64,000 nt of DNA, taken from contig WFVD01000007.1 of the NCBI GenBank assembly GCA_015491865.1, positions 5,994 to 69,993 of the forward strand, given 5' to 3'. The first letter of the stretch is position 1. Each line of letters begins with the position of its first letter. Of this stretch, positions 14,435 to 23,870 are shown one piece after another. The notes beneath the pieces are model-generated. The model was given only the letters and a program-made list of their open reading frames with translations, was not told the origin of the DNA and made no database searches. This DNA comes from Gammaproteobacteria bacterium (GTDB lineage Bacteria > Pseudomonadota > Gammaproteobacteria > SZUA-140). Position numbers and translations under genes: made by a program.

Positions 14435-14590
14435 ACTATAATCACGGTTTTATCTGAATGGGTCTGGATAATAAAAGATGTTGGTGCTGGTGTTATCTCT
14501 CCCTCTCCAGCACTCTCCTCAGGAAATCGTCTGAGCACCCTTGGCCCGTGGCCCCGCATCCCCCTCCCTTTGCGACACGGGCCTTTTTTT
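14435..14590 (+). ncRNA. candidate small RNA (element B), CU-rich, ending in a strong intrinsic terminator
   Basis: Promoter-like TTAGCA-N16-TATAAA (14401-14428) plus TATAAT at 14437-14442. CU tracts lie at 14496-14508 and 14513-20. The terminator hairpin is paralogous to element A. No plus-strand gene needs this terminator. Confidence 0.35.
14543..14590 (+). terminator. strong plus-strand intrinsic terminator (8-bp GGCCCGTG/CACGGGCC stem, 7 U)
   Basis: GGCCCGTG (14543-50) pairs with CACGGGCC (14576-83), followed by TTTTTTT (14584-90). The T tract is on the plus strand only, so it cannot terminate minus-strand mutL. Confidence 0.75.
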
Positions 14591-14598
14591 GGCTGCGA

Positions 14599-16485
14599 TT
14601 ACCTGCCGCGTAAAAATAGTTTATCAAGCTCCGCCAGGCTCATTTGCGTCCATGTCGGGCGGCCGTGATTGCACTGGCCACTGCGCTCGGTGCGCTCCAT
14701 ATCACGTAACAGCGCATTCATCTCGGGCAGTGTCAGCGTTCGGTTGGCGCGCACAGAGCCGTGGCAGGCCATCGTCGCCAACACTTCGTTAAGCCGCTCC
14801 TGAACACGCACACTCTCACCATAGGTGTTGAGATCTGCCAGTACATCCCTCAGCAGGGTTTCGATATCGGCACTGCTCAGCAGCGTCGGCACCTCTCGCA
14901 CCACCAATGTCTCCGGAGCGATCCGCTGCACCTCAAACCCTAACGATGAAAATAGCGCTGCAAACTCCTCTGCCAGCGCCGCCTCTTTCTGGTTAACTGC
15001 TACCGAGAGCGGCACCAATAGTGGCTGAGACTTGATGCCACCATCACTGAACGTCTGCTTCATCCACTCATATGTGATACGCTCATGTGCGGCATGCATA
15101 TCCACCAGCACCAGTCCCGCCTCGTTCTGAGCCAGAATATAGATCCCATGCAGCTGGGCAACGGCAAATCCCAGCGGCGGCAGTTGCGCGGCACCATCCA
15201 CAGAAGCGTCGGCCACTGCTTGCGTCGTCTCCGCCTCAGATAATATCTGATAGGTGTCCTGCCGATTTTCCCCCACACCCAGGGGGATATTTGATTGATG
15301 AGAGTAGCCTGCTGCGCCCCCACTGCTTACCGAGAGCCGGGAAGTAGCCAGTGATGTCGCTGGGCTGCTCTGGGCTGCTGTCTGACTCACCCCCAGCTGC
15401 GATACCGATTGATCGGTAGCGCCTCCATTCTCCGTTTCACCCGGCCTCACATCGGCCAGTGAGCGGTGAATCGCACGAAAAATAAAGTCATGCGCCAGCC
15501 GCCCCTCACGAAAACGCACTTCATGTTTGGTGGGATGGACATTAACATCGACCTGCTCTGGCGCGATCTCGAGATTCAACACAAATGCGGCATGACGCCC
15601 GTGGTAGAGCACATCCCGGTAAGCCTGGCGAATCGCATGGCTCACTAACTTGTCACGAATCACGCGCCCATTCACATAGAAGTACTGCATGTCTGCCTGG
15701 CTGCGCGAAAAAGTCGGCAGCGCTACCCACCCCCATAGCCGCAAGCCGGCAGCCTCATACTCAATTGCGAGCGCATGCTGCCTGAATGGCTCGCCACAGA
15801 TCGCCGCTACCCGCTCAATATAGTGATCCGGATTCGCCACCGGGCGCAGCGACAGCACCACACGCTGATTGTGCCTGAGCTGAAAACCCACATCGAAATG
15901 GCTTAATGCAATCCGCTTAACCACCTCTTCCAGGTGGCCAAACTCGGTCTTCTCTTTACGCAGAAATTTTCGCCGTGCAGGGGTGTTAAAAAAGAGATCA
16001 CGAACCTCAACCGTCGTCCCGGCAGGGTGAGCGCAAGGAACGGCAACCTCTGGTGCATAACCTTCACTGCTGATGCGCCAGCCACTCTCATCACCCTGCT
16101 GACGCGATGTCAGGCTAAGCCGTGAGATAGAAGCGATACTCGGCAGCGCTTCCCCGCGAAAACCCAGTGTCGCGATACCATCAAGGTCGTCGGCATCGAG
16201 AATCTTGCTGGTTGCATGACGATTCAGGGCCAGCGTCAGATCATCGCGATGAATCCCCACGCCATTATCCCTCACCCGGATCAGGCGCGTGCCACCCTGC
16301 TCTACATCGATCTCAATCTGGCTGGCACCCGCATCCAGGCTGTTTTCCAGTAACTCTTTCACCACTGAAGCGGGCCGTTCAACCACCTCGCCCGCAGCGA
16401 TCTGATTTGCCAACTGAGAGGTGAGGTGGTGGATACGCTTCGTCGGCGCGCTTTGCAGTTTAGAAGTAGAGCTGGAGTTAGACAT
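14599..16485 (-). CDS. mutL: DNA mismatch repair endonuclease MutL
   Basis: [29 protein letters not shown] (GHKL ATPase) and a C-terminal dimerisation domain. Start taken at ATG 16485 (MSNSSS...); the track start at 16569 is possible. Confidence 0.95.
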   Translation of the reverse strand: MSNSSSTSKLQSAPTKRIHHLTSQLANQIAAGEVVERPASVVKELLENSLDAGASQIEIDVEQGGTRLIRVRDNGVGIHRDDLTLALNRHATSKILDADDLDGIATLGFRGEALPSIASISRLSLTSRQQGDESGWRISSEGYAPEVAVPCAHPAGTTVEVRDLFFNTPARRKFLRKEKTEFGHLEEVVKRIALSHFDVGFQLRHNQRVVLSLRPVANPDHYIERVAAICGEPFRQHALAIEYEAAGLRLWGWVALPTFSRSQADMQYFYVNGRVIRDKLVSHAIRQAYRDVLYHGRHAAFVLNLEIAPEQVDVNVHPTKHEVRFREGRLAHDFIFRAIHRSLADVRPGETENGGATDQSVSQLGVSQTAAQSSPATSLATSRLSVSSGGAAGYSHQSNIPLGVGENRQDTYQILSEAETTQAVADASVDGAAQLPPLGFAVAQLHGIYILAQNEAGLVLVDMHAAHERITYEWMKQTFSDGGIKSQPLLVPLSVAVNQKEAALAEEFAALFSSLGFEVQRIAPETLVVREVPTLLSSADIETLLRDVLADLNTYGESVRVQERLNEVLATMACHGSVRANRTLTLPEMNALLRDMERTERSGQCNHGRPTWTQMSLAELDKLFLRGR

Positions 16486-16629
16486 CAGTAGTTTCACCAC
16501 GTTTTCAGTGCTGCCATTATAAACAAACCGTCTCGATAATATCTGACTCTCGTGCATCCTTTCTGACAATTAATCGATAACTCCTATTATCTATCAGGCG
16601 GTTACCAGCCTCCCGTTTTCAGGCGTGCC

Positions 16630-16797
16630 ATGACCACCCACCACACTCAAGTTTCAGCGCATCAGGACGATAAAGAGGTGATCATCGAGGGCGATAGCCC
16701 ACCTGAAAAAAGACTACTTAATGAGCAATATCGTCACATTATAAATTGCCGTGGTAGCCGCGAAACAGACAAACAAAAAAGTGAGAAATCACCATGA
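16630..16797 (+). CDS. possible 55-aa hydrophilic ORF overlapping the response-regulator start (ATGA)
   Basis: Hand translation: MTTHHTQVSAHQDDKEVIIEGDSPPEKRLLNEQYRHIINCRGSRETDKQKSEKSP. Its stop at 16795-97 overlaps ATG 16794-96. There is no clear SD. Any ORF in that frame must stop at an ATGA, so the overlap is weak evidence. Confidence 0.2.
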   Translation: MTTHHTQVSAHQDDKEVIIEGDSPPEKRLLNEQYRHIINCRGSRETDKQKSEKSP

Positions 16798-17285
16798 GCC
16801 GTACCCATCGGATTTTACTGGTCGATGATGACCGCACATGTCTACGCATGTTAAATAAAATTTTAACCCCAATACCCAACTGCGAAATTGATGCCTTTAC
16901 TTCTGCCCATGTCGCACTCGAAAAAGCCATTCAGGCTGACTACGACATTGTCATCTCTGACTATATGATGCCTGAAATGGACGGCATCACTTTTCTAAAA
17001 CAGTATATGCGGTCACAACCAAGAACATCACGCATCATCCTCAGTAGTTACTGCACCAAAGAGTCACTCTATGGTGCCGTCAATGAGGCACAGGTGATGC
17101 GCTACATTGAAAAACCCTGCGATGAGCATGCATTGCGCGCCATCATTGGCCAGGTGCTTAACGAAAGAAGGGAGACTCAACCGGCCTCTCGCTCCAGTGA
17201 AATGTTGGGGGTTATTCAGAGTCAAGCGCAGATGATCGAACATCAGGCAAAAGAGATAGAAAGACTTAAGCGCTCGGTTGCCTGA
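16794..17285 (+). CDS. stand-alone response-regulator receiver (REC) with a short C-terminal coiled-coil tail
   Basis: LLVDDD, phospho-acceptor ISDYMMPEMDG, ILSS and YIEKP (conserved Lys). The last ~40 aa are heptad-like (QAQMIEHQAKEIERLKR). No output domain. Confidence 0.85.
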   Translation: MSRTHRILLVDDDRTCLRMLNKILTPIPNCEIDAFTSAHVALEKAIQADYDIVISDYMMPEMDGITFLKQYMRSQPRTSRIILSSYCTKESLYGAVNEAQVMRYIEKPCDEHALRAIIGQVLNERRETQPASRSSEMLGVIQSQAQMIEHQAKEIERLKRSVA

Positions 17286-17300
17286 GCTTCAAACTGCGTT

Positions 17301-18665
17301 TTAACTATCCCCAAAGGCGGGGATTTTCAGAACCTGTCCGACCCGGACATTATCCCCCGACAATTTATTTTCAGAGCGAATACTGGCAATACTCACGTGG
17401 TATCGCTGCGCGATCTCTGAAAGCGTGTCTCCACTTGAGATCACATGTTCACGTGATTTCATCGCATATAATGTGCCTGGCGGTGCATTCTTTATAAAGT
17501 ATTCACGCACCCCTTTTAAGAGCGCCCTGGCCAACACAGTCTGATGCTTGTTACTGCGTAATTTCTTCTCTTCTGAGGGGTTGGAGATAAAGGCGGTCTC
17601 AACCAGCACCGATGGAATATCGGGTGACTTCAGCACCGCAAAGGCAGCTTGCTGCACCTCTTTTTTGTGCAGTTTACCCAGCGGCCTCAGCTCCTGCAGA
17701 AGCTCACGCCCCGCCTCATAACTCGCCTGTTTGGTGGCGGTCTGTGAGAGATCGAGCAGTACGCGCGCCAACATATTATCCTTGTCGTCCAGGCTCACCC
17801 CACCTATCAGATCTGAGGCATTCTCTTTCTCAGCCAGCCAGCGTGCCGCCTCGCTGGTCGCACCATTTTCAGACAGGATATAGACAGAGGTACCGTAGAC
17901 CCGTTTATCCCTGAAGGCGTCGGCATGGATCGAGATAAACATGTCGGCTCGATTATCCCGCGCCTTCTGAGTTCGCTGGCGCAGGCTCAGGTAGTAGTCG
18001 CCATCCCGAATCATTAATGGGCGCATCCCCTTCTCTTTCTCAATCAGCGCAGCCAGCTTTTTCGCAATCGCAAACACCACATCTTTCTCATTGGTACCAC
18101 CCGGCCCATGCGCCCCTGGATCTTCACCCCCATGACCTGCGTCAATGGCGATCACAAGGTCTCGTGCTTTCGCTACTCGCGGCTGTGAACGCGCTTTTAC
18201 AGCTTGCTTTGGCGTGGTGTTAAGCGGCCTGTTTTTAGCCACCTTCGGCACCATCTGGTGATTGGTCTGTAGTGATTCGCCATGCAACAGATCAACCACC
18301 AGGCGGTGGCCATATTGCTTATAAGGCTTGAGCAGGAAGCTCTTGAACTTTGTTTGATCATGCAGATCGAGTACGACTCGTAAGCCGTTGTTCGGACGGG
18401 CAGCACTACGAATATTTTTAAGAATGACATCGCTGTCAGCTGGCTTGAGTACTTTTCCAGTCAGACGTGTATTTTTGAAATCGATAACCAGACGAGGCGG
18501 GTTGGCGAGGCGAAACAGTTTATAATCGGCACTTTTACTACTGATATCAAACACCACGCGGGTGTTATCAGGTGCCTGCCAGGTACGCACACCGTTGATT
18601 TGAATGCCTGCGGCAGAGCAGGCCCACGGCAGTGTTAACAAGAATATGAGACTTATTTTTTTCAT
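17301..18665 (-). CDS. amiB: N-acetylmuramoyl-L-alanine amidase (AMIN + Amidase_3 + C-terminal LysM)
   Basis: Signal peptide, amidase_3 core AIDAGHGGEDPGA...ISIHADA, and a C-terminal LysM (GDTLSEIAQRYHVSIASIRSENKL). Order tsaE-amiB-mutL. Confidence 0.92.
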   Translation of the reverse strand: MKKISLIFLLTLPWACSAAGIQINGVRTWQAPDNTRVVFDISSKSADYKLFRLANPPRLVIDFKNTRLTGKVLKPADSDVILKNIRSAARPNNGLRVVLDLHDQTKFKSFLLKPYKQYGHRLVVDLLHGESLQTNHQMVPKVAKNRPLNTTPKQAVKARSQPRVAKARDLVIAIDAGHGGEDPGAHGPGGTNEKDVVFAIAKKLAALIEKEKGMRPLMIRDGDYYLSLRQRTQKARDNRADMFISIHADAFRDKRVYGTSVYILSENGATSEAARWLAEKENASDLIGGVSLDDKDNMLARVLLDLSQTATKQASYEAGRELLQELRPLGKLHKKEVQQAAFAVLKSPDIPSVLVETAFISNPSEEKKLRSNKHQTVLARALLKGVREYFIKNAPPGTLYAMKSREHVISSGDTLSEIAQRYHVSIASIRSENKLSGDNVRVGQVLKIPAFGDS

Positions 18666-18796
18666 TACCCTTGGCTCTGCTTTATCCCTACAGCAATACT
18701 TTTAATTCATTTATTATTTAATTGCAATATTTTTAACAAGATAGATGACAAACCTACCCATCAACATCAAGCTATTTCATCATCTAACGGCATCTT

Positions 18797-19273
18797 TCAT
18801 GTGAGCTGTAGCAATAACCCCCCCCCTTTTCCACTATTTGCGCGCGCGGAGAGTGCTCGTCCATCATCACAATAGCGCAACGTTAATACGATATCGGCCT
18901 CACCAATGATTCCATCACCCCGTTCTGGCCACTCCACCAGACAGCGTGCATCCGCTGAAAAATAATCTCGAACCCCCATATATTCAAGCTCTTCAGGATC
19001 CCCGAGGCGGTAAAGATCAAAGTGATGCACTACCCCACCCGGCAGAAAGTAGGACTCTACCAACGTATAGGTGGGGCTCTTCACAGCCCCCTGGTGGCCA
19101 AGTGCCTGTAAAAATCCGCGCGTCCAGGTTGTTTTACCTGCGCCTAGCGGGCCATCCAGAAAGATGACACCGCCGCCGTTGATCGCGCCGGCAAAGCGTG
19201 CCCCTAGCGTCTCCATCTCATCAGCGGATGAGACAGTCCAGCTTTTTTCAACAGCTGTGACCACCCCCGTCAC
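18797..19273 (-). CDS. tsaE: tRNA t6A37 biosynthesis ATPase TsaE
   Basis: P-loop GPLGAGKTTWTRG, SPTYTLV, HFDLYRL. Its start overlaps the nnr stop by 4 nt. Confidence 0.93.
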   Translation of the reverse strand: MTGVVTAVEKSWTVSSADEMETLGARFAGAINGGGVIFLDGPLGAGKTTWTRGFLQALGHQGAVKSPTYTLVESYFLPGGVVHHFDLYRLGDPEELEYMGVRDYFSADARCLVEWPERGDGIIGEADIVLTLRYCDDGRALSARANSGKGGGLLLQLT

Positions 19274-20751
19274 AACCCGTTCACCAGTTTTCGCAGGTGA
19301 GGTAACAGGTCACTCGCCAGCATCCCTCGCTCGCCACACATGGCCGCATGGTCAGCCGCGCTGGCGTGGAGCGACACACCAAACCTCGCCGCATCTGCCA
19401 GGCTCAGCCCTTGCGCAATCAGCGCGGCGATCACCCCGGTCAGCAGATCACCCATACCACCACTGGCCATGCCGGGATTACCGGCATCACAGAGGGAGAC
19501 TGCACCATCCTGATCGATCACCAGTGAACCACTCCCCTTTAATACCACTACCCCACCATACTTGCGCTGCAGCGCATCGATGGCAGAAAAGCGATCGGCC
19601 TGCACTTCACGGGTCGAACAGTTTAACAGGCGCGCCGCCTCACCGGGGTGCGGGGTCAGAATCCAGTCATCACGCATACAGGGGTCGGCCGCCAGCAGGT
19701 TCAACCCATCAGCATCGACCACCAATGGCGCATCGTACGCCAGTGCGGCAGCCAGCAGTGTCATCCCCCAGGCCGACTGACCAAGCCCCGGGCCAATCGC
19801 GATCACATCGGCCTGTTTCACCAATGGGTGCAGTTCATTCGCATCACCCACGACATGGACCATCAACTCCGGGCGTGTGTGATTCATTGTGGCCACATCT
19901 GCAGCCGCTGTTGCAATCGAGACCAGCCCGGCACCGCAGCGCAGCGCCGCCTCACCGCTAATGCGCGCCGCGCCGCTCATTCCCGGCGCACCACCCACCA
20001 CCAGCACGTGACCACAGTCACCTTTATGGGTTGAACGTGCCCGAGGCGGCAGTAATGTCGAAAACTGATCACATTCAATACGTGCAGCAGTGGGGGCAAC
20101 ATGTTCAAAGAGCGTGGCTGGCAGCTGCAGATCATCAAACAGAATCTCACCGCAGTAGTCGGGACCTGCTGCCGTCAACATCCCCTGCGTCACACCGATA
20201 AATGTGATGGTCACAGTCGCACTGACCGCCATCCCCATCTCGACGCCACGATCGCCATTCAGCCCCGATGGAATATCGATTGCCAGCACCGGCGCTGGAG
20301 CGGTGTTGATCTCAGCAATCGCACTGCGCATGGCACCATCGACCGGCCGCGCTAGCCCGGTACCCAGTAGTGCATCGACAATCAGATCCACGCCGTTCAA
20401 CAGACCAGGCACCATCATGTTCGGCTCCACACCCGCAGCGACCATCGACTGACAGGCAAGCCGGGCATCGCCTTTTAGTGAGTCGACTGCCGCCAGTAAT
20501 ACCACCGTCACCTCAAGCCCTGCTTCGTGTGCCAGTCGTGCCACGACGAACCCATCGCCCCCATTATTGCCATCCCCACAAACCACCGCAATACGCTGCG
20601 CGTCAGGCCAGCGCTCACCTAATACAGTAAAGGCCGCCGTACCTGCACGCGCCATCAATGTCATCCCCGGAATGGAATAGGCTTCGATCGCAATGCGGTC
20701 AAGCGCCCGTACATCAGCAACACGATACAATCTATGTGGCAACAAACTCAT
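19270..20751 (-). CDS. nnr: bifunctional NAD(P)H-hydrate epimerase / ADP-dependent dehydratase
   Basis: YjeF_N motif VVCGDGNNGGDGFVVAR and a C-terminal kinase-like domain with GGMGDLLTG. Start taken at MSLLPHRLY (ATG 20751); upstream in-frame starts reach 20922. Confidence 0.9.
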   Translation of the reverse strand: MSLLPHRLYRVADVRALDRIAIEAYSIPGMTLMARAGTAAFTVLGERWPDAQRIAVVCGDGNNGGDGFVVARLAHEAGLEVTVVLLAAVDSLKGDARLACQSMVAAGVEPNMMVPGLLNGVDLIVDALLGTGLARPVDGAMRSAIAEINTAPAPVLAIDIPSGLNGDRGVEMGMAVSATVTITFIGVTQGMLTAAGPDYCGEILFDDLQLPATLFEHVAPTAARIECDQFSTLLPPRARSTHKGDCGHVLVVGGAPGMSGAARISGEAALRCGAGLVSIATAAADVATMNHTRPELMVHVVGDANELHPLVKQADVIAIGPGLGQSAWGMTLLAAALAYDAPLVVDADGLNLLAADPCMRDDWILTPHPGEAARLLNCSTREVQADRFSAIDALQRKYGGVVVLKGSGSLVIDQDGAVSLCDAGNPGMASGGMGDLLTGVIAALIAQGLSLADAARFGVSLHASAADHAAMCGERGMLASDLLPHLRKLVNGL

Positions 20752-20770
20752 ACGCGTTATCATAGCGCTT

Positions 20771-21865
20771 ATGTCAAACTCACAACAGCCTCCACCCATA
20801 TTATCACCGCAGGCACTTGCTACGCTGGTTGACAAGATTCGCGCCTGGAGCAGGGCGCTCGGTTTTGGGGGGATGACGATCAGTGACACCGATCTGGCTG
20901 AAGATGAGGCCCATCTCTTCAACTGGCTTAATGCAGGCCACCACGGTGAGATGGATTACATGGCACGCCACGGCACCAGGCGCAGCCGTCCGGCCGAGCT
21001 GGAACCTGGCACCCTGCGGGTGATCTCGGTACGGATGGATTATCTGGTCAACGACCAGCACCAGGCGGAAGACTGTCTTAACGACCCAACCCTTGGTTAT
21101 GTCTCACGCTACGCGATGGGGCGTGACTACCATAAAGTGCTGCGCCAACGGCTTCAGAAGCTGGCAACACAGATTGAAAAAGCGGTCGGCCCTTATTCAT
21201 ACCGCGCCTTTACCGATAGCGCCCCGGTACTTGAGAAGGCACTGGCGCAAAAGTCGGGGCTGGGCTGGATCGGCAAACACACCAATCTGATTAACCAGAA
21301 AGCAGGCTCCTGGTTTTTCCTCGGTGAGCTTTATACCGACCTGCCGTTACCGGTTGACCCGCCCGGCCAGAACCACTGCGGCAGCTGCAGGGCCTGCATC
21401 GACTGCTGCCCTACCGACGCCATCATCGCACCCTATAAACTCGATGCACGGCGCTGCATCTCCTACCTCACCATTGAACTGCACGGTTCAATTCCAGTGG
21501 TGTTTCGTCCGCTCATCGGCAACCGCATTTATGGTTGCGACGACTGCCAGCTCTTCTGTCCATGGAATCGTTTTGCCCAACTGACACGCGAACAGGATTT
21601 TCAGGTGCGCCACCAACTCGACAGCAGCAGACTAATTGAGCTGTTTGCATGGAGTGAAAAACAGTTTCTCGACAACACCGCCGGCTCTGCCATTCGTCGC
21701 ATTGGGCATGAGCGCTGGCTGCGCAACATCGCCGTGGCACTCGGCAATGCACCGACGCAACCAGCGATCATCGCCGCACTCACACAGCGCCGTTATGATT
21801 CATCCGCCATGGTGCGTGAACATATTGAGTGGGCATTGGCACAGCACCCAGAATCGATACGCTAG
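20771..21865 (+). CDS. queG: epoxyqueuosine reductase QueG
   Basis: Two 4Fe-4S motifs, CGSCRACIDCCP and CDDCQLFCPWN, plus C-terminal HEAT-like repeats. Start at ATG 20771 (MSNSQQPPP). Confidence 0.92.
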   Translation: MSNSQQPPPILSPQALATLVDKIRAWSRALGFGGMTISDTDLAEDEAHLFNWLNAGHHGEMDYMARHGTRRSRPAELEPGTLRVISVRMDYLVNDQHQAEDCLNDPTLGYVSRYAMGRDYHKVLRQRLQKLATQIEKAVGPYSYRAFTDSAPVLEKALAQKSGLGWIGKHTNLINQKAGSWFFLGELYTDLPLPVDPPGQNHCGSCRACIDCCPTDAIIAPYKLDARRCISYLTIELHGSIPVVFRPLIGNRIYGCDDCQLFCPWNRFAQLTREQDFQVRHQLDSSRLIELFAWSEKQFLDNTAGSAIRRIGHERWLRNIAVALGNAPTQPAIIAALTQRRYDSSAMVREHIEWALAQHPESIR

Positions 21866-21879
21866 AGGTCCCGTTTCGA

Positions 21880-23148
21880 TTAACTACCGAAGAGTTCGCC
21901 ATCCCAGAATGAGAAGGTGATCTCTTTGGCATTGCCCTCATCAATATCAACAGTCTCGATCACCTCATCCGTTGCACCATCAAGCACCGTTAATGTGCCA
22001 TCGGTTGGGTTCGGGATAAAGAGCCGATCTGGCCCGCTATTTGACGCAGTGTAGGCCAGCGGACGACGGCCACAATCAGCCACCCCCACTTTTACCTCTT
22101 TAATCAGCTTTAATGCAGGCAGCGCCGAGGTGTCATAGACCTGCAACAGATCGATCCTCAGGTTTTCGCGCTGCACCCCTTTACCGGTCGCGGCGGTCGT
22201 CACATAGAGCTTGCTGCCGTCTCGATTGAAGCGATAGGTACTCGGGTAGATATCGGGCAGATCAAGTGCGATTTCGGTATTGCCACTCATCACATCGACC
22301 ACCGACAGCCGCCCTATCACATGTTCCGGGTCACTTTTACGATCAGCCCCTTTACCGATCAGATAACGCCCATCGCCACTCAACAGCAGGTTGCTGCTTT
22401 TCTTCATCTGCAGGCGAGAATCGATCTCAAGCGACACAGGATCAACCACCACAATCGAAGCATAGCCGTTATTGAGGCTGTAGATTTTGCCAGTCAGCGG
22501 CGAAAAGGCCATGCCGTGTGGGAATGCGTTATTGGGAGTGCAGTGCTGGCCACGCTTCTCTCTGTCCGGCTCGCATAGATCGATGATCTTGATTACCTGT
22601 AGATAGTGCTCCGTATCTGCCGGATCATTGCCCAGCACGACAATATTGCCATCCAGCAGGTTACTGACAAAGGCGCGTTTAGGAATAGCGGTATTCGTTT
22701 TCGTCGGCGCAGAAAATGCTACCACATGGTGGCCGCGTCCAAGGCAGATCAGTTTCACCACCTCGGCGCTTTCACCATTATTGCGTACCACCAGCATCGG
22801 CGCACCACCCGTCGGGCAGGCCTGACGATCTTCACCGCTCTCTTTATCACCATCGTACGAGTACCAGTGGGTATCTCCATCAAAGTAAGGGTAGGCGTAT
22901 GGCACATAGCTCTCCGCCACAAAGGTATCCACATGTTTGATCGCCTGACTATTGGCTGCCATCTGAATCACCGCACCATCAGCAGCCAGGCCAATAAACA
23001 CCTGCTCACGCTCACCGCTCTGTGCGGACACTAACGGGGGTTTGTTAACGACTGTTTTTTCGCCGTCATGACAAACAGAAACGACAGCACCCGCACTACC
23101 TTTGTTGATATGCATGGCAACGTGCCACGCCTGCGAAGCGTTAATCAT
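21880..23148 (-). CDS. YVTN-type beta-propeller protein, no signal peptide, function unknown
   Basis: 422 aa. Repeated blade-like units (PHGMAFSPLTGKIYSLNNGYASIVVVDPVS; RFNRDGSKLYVTTA; RLFIPNPTDGTLTVLDGATDEVIETVDI). AGGAG sits 8 nt before the ATG. The N-terminus MINASQAWHVAMHINKGS is not signal-like. Confidence 0.6.
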   Translation of the reverse strand: MINASQAWHVAMHINKGSAGAVVSVCHDGEKTVVNKPPLVSAQSGEREQVFIGLAADGAVIQMAANSQAIKHVDTFVAESYVPYAYPYFDGDTHWYSYDGDKESGEDRQACPTGGAPMLVVRNNGESAEVVKLICLGRGHHVVAFSAPTKTNTAIPKRAFVSNLLDGNIVVLGNDPADTEHYLQVIKIIDLCEPDREKRGQHCTPNNAFPHGMAFSPLTGKIYSLNNGYASIVVVDPVSLEIDSRLQMKKSSNLLLSGDGRYLIGKGADRKSDPEHVIGRLSVVDVMSGNTEIALDLPDIYPSTYRFNRDGSKLYVTTAATGKGVQRENLRIDLLQVYDTSALPALKLIKEVKVGVADCGRRPLAYTASNSGPDRLFIPNPTDGTLTVLDGATDEVIETVDIDEGNAKEITFSFWDGELFGS

Positions 23149-23199
23149 CCGCGACTCTCCTAAATGCTAATAGATAAATTATTTCAAAACCGGGGGCTG

Positions 23200-23751
23200 T
23201 TAACATGGCAACTGTATGAAGTGCTCACGGTAGTGTTTCAGCTCATTAATTGAATCACGAATATCATCCATTGCCAGGTGTGATGAGGTTTTGCTGAACC
23301 CCTGATAGACTTCGGGCGACCAGCGACGCGCCAGCTCTTTCAGTGTACTCACATCAAGGTTCCGATAGTGAAAATAGGCCTCCAGCTCCGGCATCAGACG
23401 GTACATAAAACGGCGATCCTGACAGATAGTATTACCGCACATCGGCGACTTTCCTGCCGGAACATATTTCTGAATAAAGTCGAGCGTCTCACGCGCCGCC
23501 TCAATCGTTGTGATTTTGCTCTCACGCACACGGTCGATCAGCCCTGAACGGCCGTGTTGACGGGTATTCCACTCATCCATACCGTTCAAAATTTCATCGC
23601 TCTGGTGAATGGCGAATACCGGCCCCTCTTCGAGTACATTTAGATCGCTATCGGTAACGATCGTGGCGATCTCAATGATACAATCCTGCTCTGGAAGCAG
23701 TCCTGTCATTTCAAGATCAAGCCAAACAAGGTTGTTAGGGCTTTGCGGCAT
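23200..23751 (-). CDS. orn: oligoribonuclease
   Basis: [18 protein letters not shown] (DEDDh ExoI) and [11 protein letters not shown]. Start taken at ATG 23751. Confidence 0.95.
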   Translation of the reverse strand: MPQSPNNLVWLDLEMTGLLPEQDCIIEIATIVTDSDLNVLEEGPVFAIHQSDEILNGMDEWNTRQHGRSGLIDRVRESKITTIEAARETLDFIQKYVPAGKSPMCGNTICQDRRFMYRLMPELEAYFHYRNLDVSTLKELARRWSPEVYQGFSKTSSHLAMDDIRDSINELKHYREHFIQLPC

Positions 23752-23870
23752 AGTGGTAAACTCTTCCCAGGCTAAATTACAGACGAATGAATCCAAATGA
23801 TTTTAATGCGCATTGTAGCAAAGAACCATGTGCGTCGTGTCACTGGATCGGATAACGGAATCGGAGCTAA

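Noticed and set aside
14478-14534. 18-codon ORF (MLVLVLSLPLQHSPQEIV) inside sRNA-like element B, considered as a leader peptide
   Set aside because: There is no SD, no downstream plus-strand gene to attenuate, and no amino-acid run typical of attenuation leaders.
19071-19961. 296-aa plus-strand ORF
   Set aside because: It is antisense to tsaE and nnr, and its Pro/Arg/His-rich composition has no recognisable motif. It is a shadow ORF.
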